In this document: positions 58,486 to 64,000 of the stretch, one piece after another
Position numbering within the stretch: the stretch's first letter is position 1
How the letters are laid out: each line of letters opens with the position of its first letter
NCBI GenBank assembly: GCA_048882045.1
Contig: JBHLRZ010000009.1
Coordinates: 1-64,000 of the forward strand
Direction: 5' to 3'
Source: Candidatus Thorarchaeota archaeon
GTDB taxonomy: Archaea; Asgardarchaeota; Thorarchaeia; Thorarchaeales; Thorarchaeaceae
Length of the DNA stretch: 64,000 nucleotides
Translations under genes and position numbers: made by a program
Notes under the pieces: generated by a model
Database searches by the model: none
What the model was told of the DNA's origin: nothing
What the model saw: the letters and a program-made list of their open reading frames with translations, nothing else

Positions 58486-58764
58486 TCATGGAAGGTCGTG
58501 ATGATCCTCCAGGTCCCAGGATAATGTTCTTGCACTTGGACTCTGAGGAGTGGAGTCTCGGATTTTCATCGCAAGATAGTGGATTCTCATGGCTCGACGT
58601 AGACGATGAATCTGGAAAGGAGCAGTCCAATTTTCAATGGGTTTTCGATAGCCAAAAGAGTCCATGAGGTCACGTATTGTATCGAGCTCTTTCCTGACCT
58701 GGAGCTTGATGTCGTCAAGGTCTCGCTGTATAGTTAATCCAGGCGTATCTGTCATTCTGGACAT
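58486..58764 (-). CDS. Hypothetical protein
   Basis: GGAG before ATG; ends flush with the yjbQ stop. Confidence 0.5.
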   Translation of the reverse strand: MSRMTDTPGLTIQRDLDDIKLQVRKELDTIRDLMDSFGYRKPIENWTAPFQIHRLRRAMRIHYLAMKIRDSTPQSPSARTLSWDLEDHHDLP

Positions 58765-58829
58765 CTCTCCAACTCTTACAGTCCAAGAGTTGGCATATTA
58801 TCTCATGTAAGACCCAAGTATTACCCAAA

Positions 58830-59348
58830 TCAATGTAACTTTCGCTTCTTCATGGGGAACCTACGCATCTCAGTTCCACAGACTGGACATTCAGTTTCGC
58901 GCGTAGGTTTCGCTGACCGATAATTGCATGCGGGACACTTCATGATCCAAGTGATTTCTTGTCCAAACTTTTTGTTTGGGTCAAGTATCTTGAGACCCAT
59001 ATGACTAGATGTATTCAGAACTGCAAAGTCTGTTGAAACAAGAGTGCTATCAGGATTCTCTCGGGAGATTGTTAATGCAAGAGCTATTAGTTCTAAATCA
59101 TTCTGAGAAAGCTTGGACAGATCCCCTGTTGAGCCTGCGGCTTTTTTAGCCTTCTTTAGATCATCAGCAGTAGGAGTGCGCTCGACCATTTTGTCCAGCA
59201 AGAACAAAGTTTCTGCTCGAAAGCGGCTCAAACGATTTCGAATCTCACCTATTATCCGAGGTGTTGTAACAAAGATTGAATCCTTTCTTGTGTCGGTCCA
59301 TGTCGAAACTAGAACTCCTGTATCTAGGACATAGATTCGAGACATCAC
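58830..59348 (-). CDS. nob1: Nob1 PIN endonuclease
   Basis: YVLDT, TGDLSKLSQNDLELIALA, STDFAVLN, CPAC...CPVCG. Confidence 0.9.
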   Translation of the reverse strand: MMSRIYVLDTGVLVSTWTDTRKDSIFVTTPRIIGEIRNRLSRFRAETLFLLDKMVERTPTADDLKKAKKAAGSTGDLSKLSQNDLELIALALTISRENPDSTLVSTDFAVLNTSSHMGLKILDPNKKFGQEITWIMKCPACNYRSAKPTRETECPVCGTEMRRFPMKKRKLH

Positions 59349-59353
59349 ATCAC

Positions 59354-60220
59354 CTAGAGAGTCCTTGGTACAAGTCGTGTATTGAGCCTGTCATAGTAAT
59401 TATCGTATAGACGAATGAATCTTGAAACAAGATTGGACTTCTTTATCCAGACAGTCTCAAGATGTTCTACCTCCCATTGAGTCTGACCATCAATGATTGC
59501 TAATCCATGAGCTCCGGGTTTGACAAGTTCGAGCTCGAGTGTTGATGTATCTGGAATTACTATGGATTTCAGTTCAAACCTTGGTGGACAAACAGGTACG
59601 AAGATGAAACCGTTGACATCCGGAGCCAGAATGGACCCTCCAGCAGCAAGTGAATACGCTGATGAGCCAACAGGAGTTGCTAACATCGCACCATCAGCCC
59701 GACCATAGTCCACTTGGACACCATCAAGAAAAACCTTGAATGTTAGTAGTCGACCGGGCATTTTCGAAACAATATAAACCTCGTTTAGTGCTTCCCCAAA
59801 GATCCGATCTCCCACACCAGAACTGAGATTCATATTGATTTCGATGACACATTCGCCTTCGAGTACTTGTTCAAGGGCGGGAATGGCAGATTCATCATCA
59901 GCCTCTGTGAGGAATCCAACATAACCACGGTTAATACAGAAAAGAGGAGTCCCACGGTCCTCCAACCTGGAGAGGGTGTACAGGATTGTACCGTCACCTC
60001 CAATAGTAACTACAAAATCTGCATCTATATCTTCAATTGATGTAAGTTCAATCTTTTTTGACTTGACATTACATGAACCTTTGTCCATCTGAACATTGAG
60101 TTTCTTCGATAGCAGGAACTCTGCGACCCTATTGGCTATGTTTTCAATCTCAGGACGGTCAGGTCTACATACAAGACCGACTGTGTTTTTATGAGAAATC
60201 TGAGGATTCTCTTCAATCAA
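59354..60220 (-). CDS. nadK: NAD kinase
   Basis: GGDGTIL, GFLT, ALNE, DG...ATPVGSSAYSLAAGG. Confidence 0.96.
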   Translation of the reverse strand: MIEENPQISHKNTVGLVCRPDRPEIENIANRVAEFLLSKKLNVQMDKGSCNVKSKKIELTSIEDIDADFVVTIGGDGTILYTLSRLEDRGTPLFCINRGYVGFLTEADDESAIPALEQVLEGECVIEINMNLSSGVGDRIFGEALNEVYIVSKMPGRLLTFKVFLDGVQVDYGRADGAMLATPVGSSAYSLAAGGSILAPDVNGFIFVPVCPPRFELKSIVIPDTSTLELELVKPGAHGLAIIDGQTQWEVEHLETVWIKKSNLVSRFIRLYDNYYDRLNTRLVPRTL

Positions 60221-60363
60221 TACGAGACACTCTCAAATTTGGCCTTTATCTCGACCCTTTTACAGTTATTGCAGGGAATTAAAAATCAAGCGCAGCCAAA
60301 TATTTATAGATGAGACAAAAGGTCTGGAGTATTACGGTCTGCAAGACTTAGTTGGTGAAGTAA

Positions 60364-60765
60364 ATGAGTATTAAGAAGTCTGAAGCTAAAAGTCTGAAGC
60401 CAGGAAGCTACTTCCTGATTGAAGGAGAGCCATGTAGAGTGGTATCAATAGAGAAGTCAAAACCTGGAAAGCATGGTGCAGCAAAAGCAAACATCGTGGC
60501 AATTGGCTTCTTTGACAATCGTAAAAGAAACGTCATCATGCCAGCAGACCGAATGGTCGATGTTCCACTCATTGACAAGACCAGTGCTACAGTGATCGCT
60601 GACATGGGTGAAACCTACAGTTTGATGGACAGTGAGACCTTTGAAACCTACGAGGTTCCAAAACCAGCAGATGATGAAATCGCGTCGAAGATTGAATTGA
60701 ATGTAGCAGTAGAAGTCTGGAACGTCATGGACCGAAAAGTGATTACTAGGGTCAAGACATCTTAG
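60364..60765 (+). CDS. eif5a: Translation factor aIF5A
   Basis: Hypusination motif KSKPGKHGAAK. Confidence 0.97.
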   Translation: MSIKKSEAKSLKPGSYFLIEGEPCRVVSIEKSKPGKHGAAKANIVAIGFFDNRKRNVIMPADRMVDVPLIDKTSATVIADMGETYSLMDSETFETYEVPKPADDEIASKIELNVAVEVWNVMDRKVITRVKTS

Positions 60766-60849
60766 TTCAAATAACAACATTAAATCTCTGGACCCACAAT
60801 ACTCAATACAGTCTATTGATACAAAATCAGACTCGGAGAGTTAGCATAA

Positions 60850-61263
60850 ATGTCTGTAGACCAGCTTGAGAAATGGTTGACATCACTCGACCTACCTTTT
60901 GAACTTCTTCAAGATATTCACACCTTCAGGGTGATGTGGGAGGTTGAAGAAGCTACTTTCGAGATTAGAATTGCAATTCGTGCTGACAAGTGGATTCATG
61001 TTTCGGTTCTTCTACTGAAACCTGATGAAATACCGCATGAAAGTAGAGAGGAGCTATTTGAAATCCTACTTCGTGAGAACTGGATGCTTGATGATGTAAC
61101 CTATTCCATGGATGAGAAAGGCAATATTTACTCTGAGAATGACATACCAGAGCAGACTAATCTTGAGAATTTCAAAAGTGAGCTCGACGCAGCCATCTTT
61201 GGATTGGAACGTTTTGTAACAATCGTTTCCAGTAGACTTGGAATTAATCCTAAGGGAGTTTAG
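60850..61263 (+). CDS. YbjN-like (T3SS-chaperone fold) protein
   Basis: LEKWLTSL...LFEILLRENW...YSMDEKGNI. Confidence 0.65.
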   Translation: MSVDQLEKWLTSLDLPFELLQDIHTFRVMWEVEEATFEIRIAIRADKWIHVSVLLLKPDEIPHESREELFEILLRENWMLDDVTYSMDEKGNIYSENDIPEQTNLENFKSELDAAIFGLERFVTIVSSRLGINPKGV

Positions 61264-61406
61264 AGAACTCATTTGATTCAGAAGATCTTCCAATCCAGAA
61301 CCAGAAATGTGTGATTCTACTTATTGTAGATAGTGAAGAGATGAACTCAGGTGGAAAATTATGCGAAGAGAGAGATTTGATATGGAAGTGAAACGTTCGT
61401 GACTAT

Positions 61407-61865
61407 TTGATGACAGATCATTTCTATTCGACCGCATGCAAAGAATGTGGTGGATACTGTTGCACATTGGGAGGTACTCTTGCGACACAGTTGGAAGTTG
61501 ACCGAGTCATTGAAGCTGGATATCCGAATAAATTCGTTGAAATTACAGAGAACTGCTATATTACAGATTTTGGAAAAACCCTGATTTGCCCGTATCTTAA
61601 AGAGTCCAAATGCGAAATCTATCCTGTGCGTCCATTGCTTTGTAGGAAGTATCCCATTTTCTCAACAGACGGGGAAGAGCATTATTTGGTCCATTGTCCT
61701 CTAACTCAATACCTTTCAAAAGATGATATCGCTCAATGTATTGAAGCTGCCTTAGAGGTTCCTGAAGAACTATACACATGTACACAGAAATTTATGGCTC
61801 CTTTTGGTTCAGGAATTGACGAACGAATGCGTAAATTCAGGATGGAGCCTATCAATCTTGAATGA
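61407..61865 (+). CDS. YkgJ-family CxxCxxCC protein
   Basis: CKECGGYCC, CPYL...CEIYPVRPLLCRKYP. Confidence 0.9.
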   Translation: MMTDHFYSTACKECGGYCCTLGGTLATQLEVDRVIEAGYPNKFVEITENCYITDFGKTLICPYLKESKCEIYPVRPLLCRKYPIFSTDGEEHYLVHCPLTQYLSKDDIAQCIEAALEVPEELYTCTQKFMAPFGSGIDERMRKFRMEPINLE

Positions 61866-61946
61866 AAAGAGTGAATGAAGATATGATTCTCTTTTTCGGG
61901 AATTGAAGTAACAGATAGGTGCTACAACTAATAGAGTGGAGTCCTG

Positions 61947-62795
61947 TTAGTCATGTAGTTTCTCAATTTCTATTGGATATGATCCCAGAACTTTGACAAA
62001 GAGTGACCTAGATTCCAATCCCTCTAATGCCTCTGCACAGATTGAATCATCAATATGGCCTACAAAGTCTAAGTAGAAATTATACTCCCAGAGATTTTCT
62101 TTCGTCGGTCTCGATTCGATCTTAGTCATGTTGATACCCCTCGTGGCGAATTCGCCCAAAGCGTTGTAAAGGGCTCCTGCAACATGTTTGGTCGAGAAGA
62201 TTACTGAAGTCTTATCATTTCCAGTTGGAGGAGCTTTGTCTTTGGATAGAACAAAGAACCTCGTGTAGTTGTTCCTAGTGTCAGCAATATCCTGAGCCAG
62301 AATTTTCATGTCATATATCTCTGCAGCTCTTTCAGCCGCCACAGCAGCTGCATCTCCCAACTCTTTCTCTCTAATCATTTTCACACTTCCTGCTGTGTCA
62401 TAGGTAGAAATCATTTCGATGTCTAAACCTTCTAAGTAGCTTCTACATTGTCCTAAGGCTTGGGGATGGGAATAGACCACGTTGATGTCACTCAAGGCTG
62501 ATTCTGGATTAGCTATGAGACAATGTTCTATTCTTAGCGCCAGTTCTCCTCCCACTCTCAAATCAGATTGAAGGAATAGATCGTATACTGGGTTGACACT
62601 CCCCTCGATTGAATTCTCAATAGGTACAACCCCAAACTTGGTTACATCATCTTCAACAGTTCTGAAGACTTCTGAAAAACTCTTGCAAGGTTTGGGTCTG
62701 GCTCTGGGACCAAAGATTTTGATAACTGCAGATTCACTGTAGGCGCCAACCTCTCCCTGAAAAGCAACTTCTACATCTTGATTCAAATCAAACAT
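61947..62795 (-). CDS. pheA: Prephenate dehydratase with ACT domain
   Basis: VPIENSIEGSV, SHPQALGQC, NYTRF, IESRP, LGSYP. Confidence 0.97.
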   Translation of the reverse strand: MFDLNQDVEVAFQGEVGAYSESAVIKIFGPRARPKPCKSFSEVFRTVEDDVTKFGVVPIENSIEGSVNPVYDLFLQSDLRVGGELALRIEHCLIANPESALSDINVVYSHPQALGQCRSYLEGLDIEMISTYDTAGSVKMIREKELGDAAAVAAERAAEIYDMKILAQDIADTRNNYTRFFVLSKDKAPPTGNDKTSVIFSTKHVAGALYNALGEFATRGINMTKIESRPTKENLWEYNFYLDFVGHIDDSICAEALEGLESRSLFVKVLGSYPIEIEKLHD

Positions 62796-62889
62796 TTTCG
62801 TTGTCTCAAATCACTTGTTTCACCTAGCTTTAATGCTCTATGCATTTCAGCGCAAGAAGACGACGATGATGCTGAGGGTGAGGGTCCAG

Positions 62890-63375
62890 TCATTCACTGG
62901 AGCCAAGTATTTTCCTTAAGGAACCAATGTCATTGATGAAGACTAGGGTCAAAATTGAACCAGCGAGAGGTGTAATCAGAACTGGCCTAACAATCCAATC
63001 TTCTAGTACTCCATATATTTGGAATGATAGCCAGACCCATGATAGAAGAATCACTATAGATACAGGAAAAACTACCTTAATCAAGGACTCTCTGACCATT
63101 AGGATGATTAGAAGTAGAACATAGATCATAATCAACCAAAGAAATGGTAGAGTTGATGCATCAGAAACACCTTCTGCAATCTGATATCCGGCCTGAAACT
63201 GGGAGATACTAGAGTACGCACCAAAGAGATAGATGACAATTGGATCAGACCAACCTCCAGTTACAATTACAGGAGGTTCTGAATCTGCGATTTGGTTCAA
63301 TTCTGCAACTGGCATGAATAAAGAGACTAGAATGAATATACTGACTGCAATAATCCCTTTTACATCATCTCTCAT
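62890..63375 (-). CDS. Hypothetical membrane protein
   Basis: About 4 hydrophobic helices. Confidence 0.6.
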   Translation of the reverse strand: MRDDVKGIIAVSIFILVSLFMPVAELNQIADSEPPVIVTGGWSDPIVIYLFGAYSSISQFQAGYQIAEGVSDASTLPFLWLIMIYVLLLIILMVRESLIKVVFPVSIVILLSWVWLSFQIYGVLEDWIVRPVLITPLAGSILTLVFINDIGSLRKILGSSE

Positions 63376-63469
63376 CTCACACCACTATAATCCGTAGTAA
63401 AATTAGATGGAGATATGTTTTTTGAAGAAAGCATGGTGCTGAGGGCGAGATTTGAACAGAAGTCAGGAC

Positions 63470-64000
63470 TTAGACAGATGATTTGACATTATCTATTGAG
63501 TTCCATAGAGTTTCAGGTGAAATAAGTTCAATGTTTCCACTGTGTATCATGTTCTGAAGTTTCTGCATCAGGAGAGAGTTCACAGGTGTAGCTAAACCGT
63601 ATATTTCTCCTAAACTCACAATTTCACCAGTCAAGAATTCTTCTTCACTTGAAGAACCACGGAGTAATGATTGGTATGTAGAGGAGATAAAGTCAAGGCT
63701 ATCTCTTTCTTGCTTCATCCAGGGTTCAAATGAAGCATCATTACTAAGAACTGTCATCAACTGGTCAAGAACTCGATAGTTCGGTTCAATCCCGGATTTT
63801 TTGACCACATTTCGACCTTCATCCCAGGTAGCAACGAGAATTTGTCTCAAGTGTTTATTCTTCAAACTTTTTGGAAATCCAGACCCTGTGAGGGCAAGAG
63901 GCAAATTCATGAGATTCAGAACTAATTTTGCCCAGAGATCACTCTCAATATTAGTGGAAATATCGGTCGGTATTCCGGAGGACATGTAGTCACAGAGTCT
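63470..64000 (-). CDS. panE: Ketopantoate reductase family, C-terminal part (5' end outside window)
   Basis: LWAKLVLN, SSTYQSL...SEEEFLTGEIV...TPVN; frame stays open to the window edge. Confidence 0.75.
   Translation of the reverse strand, partial: RLCDYMSSGIPTDISTNIESDLWAKLVLNLMNLPLALTGSGFPKSLKNKHLRQILVATWDEGRNVVKKSGIEPNYRVLDQLMTVLSNDASFEPWMKQERDSLDFISSTYQSLLRGSSSEEEFLTGEIVSLGEIYGLATPVNSLLMQKLQNMIHSGNIELISPETLWNSIDNVKSSV

Noticed and set aside
58482-58667. 61-aa plus-strand ORF overlapping the yjbQ stop
   Set aside because: Conflicts with the longer minus-strand ORF; no motif; not fully excluded
1-64000. CRISPR arrays, tRNAs, rRNAs, transposases/integrases, reverse transcriptases, defence systems
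   Set aside because: No spaced direct repeats, cloverleafs or diagnostic protein motifs seen by eye; tRNAscan-SE and CRISPR finders would be needed to exclude them formally

Overview
Gene-dense archaeal chromosomal segment. The gene content points to an Asgard archaeon, probably Thorarchaeia (inference from content, not from a search). Housekeeping genes: coaBC, rtcB, tmk, short XPF, ino1, CCA-adding enzyme, eS26, eL13, trmY, class I lysS, a glnA-like gene, nob1, nadK, aIF5A, pheA and a partial panE. These are interleaved with many eukaryotic-signature-like genes: three small GTPases (MglA/CvnD-like, longin-Arf-like with an acidic tail, Rab-like), a roadblock protein, a uDENN/NPRL2-like longin-wHTH protein, three alpha-SNAP-like solenoids (one with a PCI domain) and a PH-like protein. 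Main leads: (1) a duplicated [roadblock-wHTH-wHTH]+[Bet3/TRAPPC3-like] cassette with a third V4R gene at 37.6-42.6 kb, a candidate proto-TRAPP module; (2) two structured minus-strand ncRNA candidates absent from the ORF track (about 12.8-13.0 kb with its own BRE/TATA, and a K-turn or C/D-like RNA beside rtcB); (3) an MglA-like GTPase with a natural Q-to-L change in switch II, co-oriented with a TPR gene, a surface clan-CD protease and a roadblock gene; (4) a 41-aa Cys/His zinc-finger ORF missed by the ORF track. No tRNA, rRNA, CRISPR array or mobile element was recognised. All calls come from reading motifs by eye.
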